64,000 nt of DNA from Octopus vulgaris (taxonomy: Eukaryota), in contig OX597825.1 of the NCBI GenBank assembly GCA_951406725.2, positions 1-64,000 of the forward strand, given 5' to 3'. Positions within the stretch are counted from its first letter, which is position 1, and every line of letters begins with the position of its first letter. Positions 1-14,064 of this stretch are shown here, piece by piece. The position numbers were made by a program, and so were the translations under genes. The notes beneath the pieces are model-generated. The model saw only the letters and a program-made list of their open reading frames with translations. It did no database searches and was not told the origin of the DNA.

Positions 1-3000
1 CTAGTGAATTATACAGAATATGCAAAAAGGCGAGGCGAGGCGAGGCTGAAATAGTAAACAGAGTGGCGACTAGGGGGATCAGAATAATAATAATTAATAA
101 ATAATAATAATAAATAGAGATACGGATGAATTAAAGTTCAAAGATTTCTTATCTTGGGATCACTTCGTTTACGGACAGACTTGGCAAAAGGAATTCGGAA
201 TCAAGAATGAGGCAGCTTACTAGCTTAAGTATGCAACTAGCCATGGCGGGTGGTAGGAAGAGAGAAGTCCAGACAGACGACAATGTAACAAGAGGGGGAG
301 AGAAGGGAAGAGAAAAAGAAAAACCCCGCGAAGAATCGGCAGCCAATTTCTAATCAGCCCTGTAAGGGAGATAGATCTTAAATATCTATAATGATAACTA
401 GTGAATTATACAGAATATGCAAAAAACGAGGCGAGGCTGAAATAGTAAACAGAGTGGCGACTAGGGGGATCAGAATAATAATAATTAATAAATAATAATA
501 ATAAATAGAGATACGGATGAATTAAAGTTCAAAGATTTCTTATCTTGAGATCACTTCGTTTACGGACAGACTTGGCAAAAGGAATTCGGAATCAAGAATG
601 AGGCAGGTTACTAGCTTTAAGTATGCAGTTACTAGCTTATGGCATAGCCATGGCGGTAGGAAGAGAGGAGTCCAGACAGACGACAATGTAAAAAGAGGGG
701 GAGAGAAGGGAAGAGAAAAAAAACCCCGCGAAGAATCGGCAGCCAATTTCTAATCAGCCCTGTAAGGGAGATAGATCTTAAATATCTATAACGATAACTA
801 GTGAATTATACAGAATATGCAAAAACGAGGCGAGGCTGAAATAGTAAACAGAGTGGCGACTAGGGGGATCAGAATAATAATAATTAATAAATAATAATAA
901 TAAATAGAGATACGGATGAATTAAAGTTCAAAGATTTCTTATCTTGGGATCACTTCGTTTACGGACAGACTTGGCAAAGGAATTCGGAATCAAGAATGAG
1001 GCAGGTTACTAGCTAATGTATGCAGTTACTAGCTTAAGTATGCATAGCCATGGCGAGGGGTAGGAAGAGAGGAAGTCCAGACAGACGACAATGTAAAAAG
1101 AGGGGGAGAGAAGGAAGAGAAAAACCCCGCGAAGAATCGGCAGCCAATTTCTAATAGCCCTGTAAGGGAGATAGATCTTAAATATCTATAACGATAACTA
1201 GTGAATTATACAGAATATGCAAAAACGAGGCGAGGCTGAAATAGTAAACAGAGTGGCGACTAGGGGGATCAGAATAATAATAATTAATAAATAATAATAA
1301 TAAATAGAGATACGGATGAATTAAAGTTCAAAGATTTCTTATCTTGAGATCACTTCGTTTACGGACAGACTTGGCAAAAGGAATTCGGAATCAAGAATGA
1401 GGCAGGTTACTAGCTTAAGTATGCAGTTACTAGCCATAGCCATGGCGAGGTGGTAGGAAGAGAGAAGTCCAGACAGACGACAATGTAAAAAGAGGGGGAG
1501 AGAAGGGAAGAGAAAAAAAAACCCCGCGAAGAATCGGCAGCCAATTTCTAATCAGCCCTGTAAGGGAGATAGATCTTAAATATCTATAACGATAACTAGT
1601 GAATTATACAGAATATGCAAAACGAGGCGAGGCTGAAATAGTAAACAGAGTGGCGACTAGGGGGATCAGAATAATAATAATTAATAAATAATAATAATAA
1701 ATAGAGATACGGATGAATTAAAGTTCAAAGATTTCTTATCTTGGGATCACTTCGTTTACGGACAGACTTGGCAAAAGGAATTCGGAATCAAGAATGAGGC
1801 AGGTTACTAGCTTAAGTATGCAGTTACTAGCTTAAGTATGCATAGCCATGGCGGGTGGTAGGAAGAGAGGTGTCCAGACAGACGACAATGTAAAAAGAGG
1901 GGAGAGAAGGGAAGAGAAAAAAAAAAACCCCGCGAAGAATCGGCAGCCAATTTCTAATCAGCCCTGTAAGGGAGATAGATCTTAAAAATATCTATAACGA
2001 TAACTAGTGAATTATACAGAATATGCAAAACGAGGCGAGGCGAGGCGAGGCTGAAATAGTAAACAGAGTGGCGACTAGGGGGATCAGAATAATAATAATT
2101 AATAAATAATAATAATAAATAGAGATACGGATGAATTAAAGTTCAAAGATTTCTTATCTTGGGATCACTTCGTTTACGGACAGACTTGGCAAAAGGAATT
2201 CGGAATCAAGAATGAGGCAGCTTACTAGTTTAAGTATGCAATAGCCATGGCGGGTGGTAGGAAGAGAGGTGTCCAGACAGACGACAATGTAAAAAGAGGG
2301 GGAGAGAAGGGAAGAGAAAAAAAACCCGCGAAGAATCGGCAGCCAATTTCTAATCAGCCCTGTAAGGGAGATAGATCTTAAATATCTATAACGATAACTA
2401 GTGAATTATACAGAATATGCAAAAACGAGGCGAGGCTGAAATAGTAAACAGAGTGGCGACTAGGGGGATCAGAATAATAATAATTAATAAATAATAATAA
2501 TAAATAGAGATACGGATGAATTAAAGTTCAAAGATTTCTTATCTTGGGATCACTTCGTTTACGGACAGACTTGGCAAAAGGAATTCGGAATCAAGAATGA
2601 GGCAGGTTACTAGCTTAAGTAAGTATGCATAGCCATGGCGAGGGGTAGGAAGAGAGAGTCCAGACAGACGACAATGTAAAAGAGGGGGAGAGAAGGGAAG
2701 AGAAAAAAAACCCCGCGAAGAATCGGCAGCCAATTTCTAATAAGGGAGATAGATCTTAAATATCTATAACGATAACTAGTGAATTATACAGAATATGCAA
2801 AAACGAGGCGAGGCTGAAATAGTAAACAGAGTGGCGACTAGGGGGATCAGAATAATAATAATTAATAAATAATAATAATAAATAGAGATACGGATGAATT
2901 AAAGTTCAAAGATTTCTTATCTTGGGATCACTTCGTTTACGGACAGACTTGGCAAAAGGAATTCGGAATCAAGAATGAGGCAGGTTACTAGCTTTATGCA

Positions 3001-6000
3001 GTTACTAGCTTAAGTATGCCATAGCCATGGCGAGGTGGTAGGAAGAGAGAAGTCCAGACAGACGACAATGTAAAAAGGGGAGAGAAGGGAAGAGAAAAAG
3101 AAAAACCCCGCGAAGAATCGGCAGCCAATTTCTAATCAGCCCTGTAAGGGAGATAGATCTTAAATATCTATAATGATAACTAGTGAATTATACAGAATAT
3201 GCAAAAACGAGGCGAGGCTGAAATAGTAAACAGAGTGGCGACTAGGGGGATCAGAATAATAATAATTAATAAATAATAATAATAAATAGAGATACGGATG
3301 AATTAAAGTTCAAAGATTTCTTATCTTGGGATCACTTCGTTTACGGACAGACTTGGCAAAAGGAATTCGGAATCAAGAATGAGGCAGCTTACTAGTATTT
3401 ACTAGCTTAAGTATGCAATAGCCATGGCGAGGGTAGGAAGAGAGAAGTCCAGACAGACGACAATGTAACAAGAGGGGGAGAGAAGGGAAGAGAAAAAGAA
3501 AAACCCCGCGAAGAATCGGCAGCCAATTTCTAATAGCCCTGTAAGGGAGATAGATCTTAAATATCTATAACGATAACTAGTGAATTATACAGAATATGCA
3601 AAAACGAGGCGAGGCTGAAATAGTAAACAGAGTGGCGACTAGGGGGATCAGAATAATAATAATTAATAAATAATAATAATAAATAGAGATACGGATGAAT
3701 TAAAGTTCAAAGATTTCTTATCTTGGGATCACTTCGTTTACGGACAGACTTGGCAAAAGGAATTCGGAATCAAGAATGAGGCAGGTTACTAGCTTAAGTA
3801 TGCAGTTACTAGCTTATGGCGTATGCATAGCCATGGCGAGGGGTAGGAGAGAGGTGTCCAGACAGACGACAATGTAAAAGAGGGGGAGAGAAGGGAAGAG
3901 AAAAAACCCCGCGAAGAATCGGCAGCCAATTTCTAATCAGCCCTGTAAGGGAGATAGATCTTAAATATCTATAACGATAACTAGTGAATTATACAGAATA
4001 TGCAAAAAGGCGAGGCGAGGCGAGGCTGAAATAGTAAACAGAGTGGCAACTAGGGGGATCAGAATAATAATAATTAATAAATAATAATAATAAATAGAGA
4101 TACGGATGAATTAAAGTTCAAAGATTTCTTATCTTGGGATCACTTCGTTTACGGACAGACTTGGCAAAAGGAATTCGGAATCAAGAATGAGGCAGGTTAC
4201 TAGCTTAAGTATGCAATAGCCATATGCATGGCGAGGGTAGGAAGAGAGAAGTCCAGACAGACGACAATGTAAAAAGAGGGGGAGAGAAGGGAAGAGAAAA
4301 AAACCCCGCGAAGAATCGGCAGCCAATTTCTAATAAGCCCTGTCAGGGAGATAGATCTTAAATATCTATAACGATAACTAGTGAATTATACAGAATATGC
4401 AAAACGACGAGGCGAGGCGAGGCTGAAATAGTAAACAGAGTGGCGACTAGGGGGATCAGAATAATAATAATTAATAAATAATAATAATAAATAGAGATAC
4501 GGATGAATTAAAGTTCAAAGATTTCTTATCTTGGGATCACTTCGTTTACGGACAGACTTGGCAAAAGGAATTCGGAATCAAGAATGAGGCAGGTTACTAG
4601 CTTAAGTATGCAGTTACTAGCCATGGCGGCGGGGGTAGGAAGAGAGAAGTCCAGACAGACGACAATGTAAAAGAGGGGAGAGAAGGGAAGAGAAAAAACC
4701 CCGCGAAGAATCGGCAGCCAATTTCTATCAGCCCTGTAAGGGAGATAGATCTTAAATATCTATAACGATAACTAGTGAATTATACAGAATATGCAAAAAG
4801 GCGAGGCGAGGCTGAAATAGTAAACAGAGTGGCGACTAGGGGGATCAGAATAATAATAATTAATAAATAATAATAATAAATAGAGATACGGATGAATTAA
4901 AGTTCAAAGATTTCTTATCTTGGGATCACTTCGTTTACGGACAGACTTGGCAAAAGGAATTCGGAATCAAGAATGAGGCAGGTTACTAGCTTAAGTATGC
5001 AGTTCATAGCCATGGCGAGGGGTAGGAAGAGAGAAGTCCAGACAGACGACAATGTAACAAGAGGGGAGAGAAGGGAAGAGAAAAAAACCCCGCGAAGAAT
5101 CGGCAGCCAATTTCTAATCAGCCCTGTAGGGAGATAGATCTTAAATATCTATAATGATAACTAGTGAATTATACAGAATATGCAAAACGAGGCGAGGCGA
5201 GGCTGAAATAGTAAACAGAGTGGCGACTAGGGGGATCAGAATAATAATAATTAATAAATAATAATAATAAATAGAGATACGGATGAATTAAAGTTCAAAG
5301 ATTTCTTATCTTGGGATCACTTCGTTTACGGACAGACTTGGCAAAAGGAATTCGGAATCAAGAATGAGGCAGGTTACTAGCTTAAGTATGCAATAGCCAT
5401 GGCATAGGGCGAGGAAGAGAGAGAGTCCAGACAGACGACAATGTAACAAGAGGGGGAGAGAAGGGAAGAGAAAAAGAAAAACCCCGCGAAGAATCGGCAG
5501 CCAATTTCTAATAAGGGAGATAGATCTTAAATATCTATAACGATAACTAGTGAATTATACAGAATATGCAAAACGAGGCGAGGCGAGGCGAGGCTGAAAT
5601 AGTAAACAGAGTGGCGACTAGGGGGATCAGAATAATAATAATTAATAAATAATAATAATAAATAGAGATACGGATGAATTAAAGTTCAAAGATTTCTTAT
5701 CTTGGGATCACTTCGTTTACGGACAGACTTGGCAAAAGGAATTCGGAATCAAGAATGAGGCAGGTTACTAGCTTAAGTATGCATAGCCATGGCGAGGAGT
5801 AGGAAGAGAGGAGTCCAGACAGACAATGTAAAAAGAGGGGGAGAGAAGGGAAGAGAAAAGAAAAAACCCCGCGAAGAATCGGCAGCCAATTTCTAATCAG
5901 CCCTGTAAGGGAGATAGATCTTAAAAATATCAATAATGATAACTAGTGAATTATACAGAATATGCAAAAAGGCGAGGCGAGGCGAGGCTGAAATAGTAAA

Positions 6001-9000
6001 CAGAGTGGCGACTAGGGGGATCAGAATAATAATAATTAATAAATAATAATAATAAATAGAGATACGGATGAATTAAAGTTCAAAGATTTCTTATCTTGGG
6101 ATCACTTCGTTTACGGACAGACTTGGCAAAAGGAATTCGGAATCAAGAATGAGGCAGCTTACTAGCTTAAGTATGCAATAGCCATGGCGGGTGGTAGGAA
6201 GAGAGAAGTCCAGACAGACGACAATGTAACAAGAGGGGGAGAGAAGGGAAGAGAAAAGAAAACCCCGCGAAGAATCGGCAGCCAATTTCTATAGCCCTGT
6301 AAGGGAGATAGATCTTAAAAAATATCTATAACGATAACTAGTGAATTATACAGAATATGCAAAACGAGGCGAGGCGAGGCGAGGCTGAAATAGTAAACAG
6401 AGTGGCGACTAGGGGGATCAGAATAATAATAATTAATAAATAATAATAATAAATAGAGATACGGATGAATTAAAGTTCAAAGATTTCTTATCTTGAGATC
6501 ACTTCGTTTACGGACAGACTTGGCAAAAGGAATTCGGAATCAAGAATGAGGCAGCTTACTAGTTTAAGTATGCAATAGCCATGGCGGGTGGTAGGAAGAG
6601 AGAAGTCCAGACAGACGACAATGTAACAAGAGGGGGAGAAGGGAAGAGAAGAAGAAAACCCCGCGAAGAATCGGCAGCCAATTTCTATAAGGGAGATAGA
6701 TCTTAAAAAATATCAATAATGATAACTAGTGAATTATACAGAATATGCAAAACGACGAGGCGAGGCGAGGCTGAAATAGTAAACAGAGTGGCGACTAGGG
6801 GGATCAGAATAATAATAATTAATAAATAATAATAATAAATAGAGATACGGATGAATTAAAGTTCAAAGATTTCTTATCTTGAGATCACTTCGTTTACGGA
6901 CAGACTTGGCAAAAGGAATTCGGAATCAAGAATGAGGCAGGTTACTAGTTTAAGTATGCAGTACAGCCATGGCGGGTGGGCGAGGGTAGGAAGAGAGAGT
7001 CCAGACAGACGACAATGTAACAAGAGGGGGAGAGAAGGGAAGAGAAAAAGAAAAACCCCGCGAAGAATCGGCAGCCAATTTCTATAAGGGGAGATAGATC
7101 TTAAAAAATATCAATAATGATAACTAGTGAATTATACAGAATATGCAAAACGAGGCGAGGCGAGGCGAGGCTGAAATAGTAAACAGAGTGGCGACTAGGG
7201 GGATCAGAATAATAATAATTAATAAATAATAATAATAAATAGAGATACGGATGAATTAAAGTTCAAAGATTTCTTATCTTGAGATCACTTCGTTTACGGA
7301 CAGACTTGGCAAAAGGAATTCGGAATCAAGAATGAGGCAGCTTACTAGTTTAAGTATGCAATAGCCATGGCGAGTGGTAGGAAGAGAGAAGTCCAGACAG
7401 ACGACAATGTAACAAGAGGGGAGAGAAGGGAAGAGAAAAAGAAAAACCCCGCGAAGAATCGGCAGCCAATTTCTATCAGCCCTGTAAGGGAGATAGATCT
7501 TAAAAAATATCTATAATGATAACTAGTGAATTATACAGAATATGCAAAACGAGGCGAGGCGAGGCGAGGCTGAAATAGTAAACAGAGTGGCGACTAGGGG
7601 GATCAGAATAATAATAATTAATAAATAATAATAATAAATAGAGATACGGATGAATTAAAGTTCAAAGATTTCTTATCTTGGGATCACTTCGTTTACGGAC
7701 AGACTTGGCAAAAGGAATTCGGAATCAAGAATGAGGCAGCTTACTAGTTTAAGTATGCAATAGCCATGGCGGGTGGTAGGAAGAGAGAAGTCCAGACAGA
7801 CGACAATGTAACAAGAGGGGGAGAGAAGAAGAGAAAAGAAAAAACCCCGCGAAGAATCGGCAGCCAATTTCTAAACCCCGCGAAGAATCGGCAGCCAATT
7901 TCTAATCAGCCCTGTAAGGGAGATAGATCTTAAATATCTATAACGATAACTAGTGAATTATACAGAATATGCAAAAAACGAGGCGAGGCTGAAATAGTAA
8001 ACAGAGTGGCGACTAGGGGGATCAGAATAATAATAATTAATAAATAATAATAATAAATAGAGATACGGATGAATTAAAGTTCAAAGATTTCTTATCTTGA
8101 GATCACTTCGTTTACGGACAGACTTGGCAAAAGGAATTCGGAATCAAGAATGAGGCAGCTTACTAGTTTAAGTATGCAATAGCCATGGCGGGTGGTAGGA
8201 AGAGAGAAGTCCAGACAGACGACAATGTAACAAGAGGGGAGAGAAGGGAAGAGAAAAAAAACCCCGCGAAGAATCGGCAGCCAATTTCTAATAGCCCTGT
8301 AAGGGAGATAGATCTTAAAAAATATCAATAATGATAACTAGTGAATTATACAGAATATGCAAAACGAGGCGAGGCGAGGCGAGGCTGAAATAGTAAACAG
8401 AGTGGCGACTAGGGGGATCAGAATAATAATAATTAATAAATAATAATAATAAATAGAGATACGGATGAATTAAAGTTCAAAGATTTCTTATCTTGAGATC
8501 ACTTCGTTTACGGACAGACTTGGCAAAAGGAATTCGGAATCAAGAATGAGGCAGCTTACTAGTTTGCAGTATGCAATAGCCATGGCGAGGTGGTAGGAAG
8601 AGAGAAGTCCAGACAGACGACAATGTAACAAGAGGGGGAGAGAAGGGAAGAGAAAAAAAAACCCCGCGAAGAATCGGCAGCCAATTTCTAATAAGGGAGA
8701 TAGATCTTAAAAAATATCAATAATGATAACTAGTGAATTATACAGAATATGCAAAACGAGGCGAGGCGAGGCGAGGCTGAAATAGTAAACAGAGTGGCGA
8801 CTAGGGGGATCAGAATAATAATAATTAATAAATAATAATAATAAATAGAGATACGGATGAATTAAAGTTCAAAGATTTCTTATCTTGAGATCACTTCGTT
8901 TACGGACAGACTTGGCAAAAGGAATTCGGAATCAAGAATGAGGCAGCTTACTAGTTTAAGTATGCAAGTATGCTAGCCATGGCGAGGTGGTAGGAAGAGA

Positions 9001-10608
9001 GAAGTCCAGACAGACGACAATGTAACAAGAGGGGGAGAGAAGGAAGAGAAAAAGAAAAACCCCGCGAAGAATCGGCAGCCAATTTCTATAAGGGAGATAG
9101 ATCTTAAATATCAATAATGATAACTAGTGAATTATACAGAATATGCAAAACGAGGCGAGGCGAGGCGAGGCTGAAATAGTAAACAGAGTGGCACTAGGGG
9201 GATCAGAATAATAATAATTAATAAATAATAATAATAAATAGAGATACGGATGAATTAAAGTTCAAAGATTTCTTATCTTGGGATCACTTCGTTTACGGAC
9301 AGACTTGGCAAAAGGAATTCGGAATCAAGAATGAGGCAGCTTACTAGTTTAAGTATGCAATAGCCATGGCGGGTGGTAGGAAGAGAGAAGTCCAGACAGA
9401 CGACAATGTAACAAGAGGGGGAGAGAAGGGAAGAGAAAAAGAAAAACCCCGCGAAGAATCGGCAGCCAATTTCTATAAGGGAGATAGATCTTAAAAATAT
9501 CAATAATGATAACTAGTGAATTATACAGAATATGCAAAACGAGGCGAGGCGAGGCGAGGCTGAAATAGTAAACAGAGTGGCGACTAGGGGGATCAGAATA
9601 ATAATAATTAATAAATAATAATAATAAATAGAGATACGGATGAATTAAAGTTCAAAGATTTCTTATCTTGAGATCACTTCGTTTACGGACAGACTTGGCA
9701 AAAGGAATTCGGAATCAAGAATGAGGCAGCTTACTAGTTTAAGTATGCAATAGCCATGGCGGGTGGTAGGAAGAGAGAAGTCCAGACAGACGACAATGTA
9801 ACAAGAGGGGGAGAGAAGGGAAGAGAAAAGAAAAACCCCGCGAAGAATCGGCAGCCAATTTCTATAAAGGGAGATAGATCTTAAAAAATATCAATAATGA
9901 TAACTAGTGAATTATACAGAATATGCAAAACGAGGCGAGGCGAGGCGAGGCTGAAATAGTAAACAGAGTGGCGACTAGGGGGATCAGAATAATAATAATT
10001 AATAAATAATAATAATAAATAGAGATACGGATGAATTAAAGTTCAAAGATTTCTTATCTTGAGATCACTTCGTTTACGGACAGACTTGGCAAAAGGAATT
10101 CGGAATCAAGAATGAGGCAGCTTACTAGTTTAAGTATGCAATAGCCATGGCGGGTGGTAGGAAGAGAGAAGTCCAGACAGACGACAATGTAACAAGAGGG
10201 GGAGAGAAGGGAAGAGAAAAAGAAAAACCCCGCGAAGAATCGGCAGCCAATTTCTATAAGGGAGATAGATCTTAAAAAATATCAATAATGATAACTAGTG
10301 AATTATACAGAATATGCAAAACGAGGCGAGGCGAGGCGAGGCTGAAATAGTAAACAGAGTGGCGACTAGGGGGATCAGAATAATAATAATTAATAAATAA
10401 TAATAATAAATAGAGATACGGATGAATTAAAGTTCAAAGATTTCTTATCTTGAGATCACTTCGTTTACGGACAGACTTGGCAAAAGGAATTCGGAATCAA
10501 GAATGAGGCAGCTTACTAGTTTAAGTATGCAATAGCCATGGCGGGTGGTAGGAAGAGAGAAGTCCAGACAGACGACAATGTAACAAGAGGGGGAGAGAAG
10601 GGAAGAGA
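1..10608. repeat. Tandem satellite array, ~380-425 bp unit (typically ~395 bp), ~27 copies; continues beyond the left edge of the window
   Basis: Marker ctagtgaattatacagaatatgc recurs at about 1, 398, 798, 1198, 1596 ... 9904 and 10295. The last unit is truncated at ~10608 by a short (TA)n. Confidence 0.98.
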
Positions 10609-10620
10609 TATATATATATT

Positions 10621-11044
10621 ATGGCTGCCCCCTCGTTATTGAGTATGGCCATTGCATGAAGCTTAACTGTTATTGGTGCTGTGATCGAATGTGACTTTTT
10701 AGCGCAGCTAAAGATCTACAATGTCTGGACAAGAATTGGCAGCTAAAACCTTTACTGGCAATAGCCATCTGTAGTTGTAACTGGGCTTCATGTACCTATG
10801 CATGTTGTTTAAGTCCTCCTGCCAAATTACACTCTCTTCCACATGCCTGACAGATATGATTAGTATGGTGTGTAACAGCACCACCAGTGGCCAGGTTGTC
10901 ACTCATATGTCTTGCTTTATGACTACAAAGATGACTTTTGAGTCCAGCTTCACTGAGGCAGGGTCTTGCACAGACACTGCATGTCAGAATCAAAGGAAGA
11001 CCCTTCCCTTCTGGAACTTTAACAGCGATGCCCTTCCTGATGCC
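10621..11044 (-). mobile_element. 3' end fragment of an RTE-like LINE (C-terminal C2H2-like zinc fingers)
   Basis: ORF 10796..11161(-) encodes TCSVCARPCLSEAGLKSHLCSH and HICQACGRECNLAGGLKQH, resembling RTE C-termini. Confidence 0.55.
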
Positions 11045-12506
11045 CTGGTTGGTTGGAGTATTATTTGCGCCATGTACAGAGTGTTGATGAGGTTTAGGAG
11101 GGACCTCACCTGTCCTCATTCGCATCGTGTCATTCCTGGGAGAGAAAGGCCCTCGGGCCATCTGACATTGGGCAGATTGAAGTCTCCCATAAGAAGTACA
11201 CTTATGTGTTGTTCTAATGTGACTAGAACTTCTATTTTTATAAGGCAGTCTTCAAACTTGCCTACATGGCTTGGGGCATCTGGAGGGCGATATGTAGCTC
11301 AAATAACTACACCAAGTTGCCTTATATGTACAATTAGTGTGTCACACACCGAATTTGAGTATGACAAAAGGACCTGGGGTGTGAGGTCCTCGCGGATGTA
11401 CATAGCAACTCCTCCATGACTCCTTTCTTTTCTGTCAGTCCGTAGTACAACATACTTTGGTATGTGTATTTCTGCATCTGCTATGTCCAGTTTCAGGTGT
11501 GTTTCCGTAAGTGCTATGCATAAGGCTTGATTGCATGCAACAAGGTCTCTCAAGAAAGGGATTTTTGTCTTGTTACTGAGTGATAGCAGTCCTCTGATGT
11601 TCAGTAGGAGCATCGAGGTGATGTGTGTGCTGTTGCCACCTTGGGTCTATTTGCTGTGGCGGTCTTGTGCATTGTGGATGGTCCCATCTGCGAGTTTGAG
11701 TTTGATGGAGCCAGGTTAGCTGCTGTACGATCTTTTGTGCCATGCACAAAAAGATTCTTGTTCAGCAGCTGCCCTTTGAATAACATGTTGGTGGTTTGTA
11801 GCACGCACTACATCTGTGTACCTCCGTTTTGGTGTAGGTGGTGCATAGTCCATTCCTTTTCCTTTTGGTAGTTGGTTTCTGCCCTGTTTCATGTTTATGA
11901 GGCAGGGTCTTTGGTGTGCAAAACGGCAGCCTGCACCTTCCTCTCCATGCCAGCAGACACCTTTCTGGTAGAATTTATACATTCGTGTGCGCTGTCTCTT
12001 TCTATCCTTTTTGGTATATGGATAGTCAGGTTTGCTTCTATCCTTGGCTGTTTCATCTTTTGGTTTTGTTTGAATTTTAGTTTTTCCTTCTTTGGCTGTT
12101 TCATCTTTTGCTTTTCTTTTAGTTTTTCCTCCTTTTACTTCTTTTTTGGCTCTTTCATCTCCATGGTTTTGGCTTTTGGTGCTGGTAGGGGCACTTGCAC
12201 TTGGGTTTACTTCCCGGGCAGGTTTCTCACTTGAATCTTCTTTGTTGTCCTGGGTGTCTACCAAGTGCAGGTGACATCTTTACTTTGTTCATTGTCAAAG
12301 ATGGCATCAAGCGTACCGATGTGGGATCTTATGAGTGCATAGGAGCGTATAAACTCCTGCTTCTTTCTCTCTATCTGTGCTAACGTCCTTGTGTATCAAC
12401 TGCTCTTCAGTGCAGCTGTAATTATGTTGTTCAGATTATCTCCATCGGCGCATCCCCAGGCTCTCTGGAACAACGTCAATTCCATGCTCCTCCAGGTTCT
12501 GGACAT
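11045..12506 (-). mobile_element. 5' part of a CR1-group LINE (degraded ORF1 with CCCH-like finger, plus APE endonuclease); 3'-truncated
   Basis: [31 protein letters not shown] (11299..11613), YRPP and GDFNLP motifs; ORF1 has KFYQKGVCWHGEEGAGCRFAH. Same family as 18563-21645. Confidence 0.85.
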
Positions 12507-13566
12507 TTTTGGATATTTTATTTATTTATCTAATTATATTTAAAATTTAATAGTGAGATAGAGGGTAGAGAAGAAATAGAGAAAGAAAGTGTCTATGTAT
12601 TTAGGGAGATTGAGAGCTGAGAGAAGATAAGAGAGTAAGAGAGAGTGAGAGAAAGTTCGCGTCTATATATTTAGAAAGATTGAGAGGCAGAGAGAGGAAA
12701 GATGGTGTGACAGAGAGAAGTGAAGAGACAGAGAAAGAGGCGTGAGGGAGAGAAGTGAAGAGACAGAGAGAGAAAGAAATGAAAGAGAGGTAGTCATGCA
12801 ACAAATAAATATATATCTATATGCAGCTACAAAAGTTCTCTTCTAAGCTAATTATAAATATCTATCTATCCGCAACTACGAGAGAAGTGAAGGGGAGAAG
12901 TGAAGAGACAGAGAGAGAAAGAAATGAAAGAGAGGAGGTCATGCAACAAATAAATATATATCTATCTGCAGCTACAAAAGTTCTCTTCTAAGCTAAATAT
13001 AAATATTTATCTATCCGCAACTACGAGAGAAGTGAAGAGACAGAGAGCAAGAAATGAAAGAGAGGAGGTTGTGCAACAAATATATATATACCTATCTGCA
13101 GCTACGAAAGTTCTACGAGAGTTTTCTTCTGAACTAATTATGACTATATTTCTAATGTTTGCGTCTATATATTTAGGAAGATTGAGAGGCTGAGTAAAAA
13201 TAAAGAAAAATATATACATATAAATAAAGCAACAAATAAATATACACCTATCTAAAGTTGAATAATTATAAAGAGATATAGTGAGAAATTGACAAAAACG
13301 AAGCTGAAACAGAAATTGAAAGATTATTAACGGAATGTAAATTATAAATATATACCTATCCGTAGATACGAAAGTTTTCTTCTAAACTAATTGTGACTAT
13401 ACTTCTAATGTTCGCGTCTATATATTTAGGAAGATTGAGGGGCTGAGTAAATATATATATATATATATAAATAAAGCAACAAATAAATATATGCCTATCT
13501 AAAATTGAATAATTTTAAAGAGATGTATTGAGAAATTGATAAAAACAAAGCTGAAACAGAAATGTG

Positions 13567-13616
<50 letters not shown>

Positions 13617-13654
13617 CGAAGGGGAGACAAACACCCCCAACCGCTGGAACTGCA

Positions 13655-13700
13655 TCTAGGGACACCGTGTTTCAGGATCATTGTCCTTCATCAGCCTAGA
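13655..13700 (-). ncRNA. Type I hammerhead ribozyme (canonical core)
   Basis: Minus strand reads UCUAGG CUGAUGA AGGA caauga UCCU GAAAC acggu GUC CCUAGA: 6-bp stem I, 4-bp stem II, short stem III, GUC cleavage triplet. Confidence 0.9.
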
Positions 13701-14018
13701 GTAGCAGACACCGGTCAGCTGGCAATATCTGTCTCGACTTCGTATCTGTATATATCTATAGTCAGTGAAGTCTATTCACTGATTATCAAAAAAAGAAATA
13801 TTGAGTTTCTAAATCTCTCGTAGAGAGGTGTACGGTGGTGGAGCGATATAATGGTTGTATACTGTCAATCTAACAAGAACGTGACAGTAGGGGGTACACC
13901 ACCGTTATATAGCCCTAGGAGGCATCGAACGCCTCCTGACAGCTTCGACACATTTTATCCTGTGTCCTTATATACACATACGAAGGGGAGACAAACACCC
14001 CCAACCGCCGGAACTGCA

Positions 14019-14064
14019 TCTAGGGACACCGTGTTTCAATATCATTGTCCTTCATCGGCCTAGA
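14019..14064 (-). ncRNA. Degenerate second copy of the same hammerhead
   Basis: Core is mutated to CCGAUGA and the 3' arm of stem II to UAUU; probably inactive. Confidence 0.65.

Noticed and set aside
340-360. Hammerhead in the satellite (minus-strand CUGAUUA-GAAA)
   Set aside because: No stem II between the core halves, wrong core, and the segment is absent from many units.
1-10608. CRISPR-like array, or repeated small protein genes (MAADSSRGF... ORFs)
   Set aside because: Variable parts are indel variants of one sequence, not unique spacers. There are no cas genes and the context is eukaryotic. The ORFs use non-ATG starts and frameshift between units.
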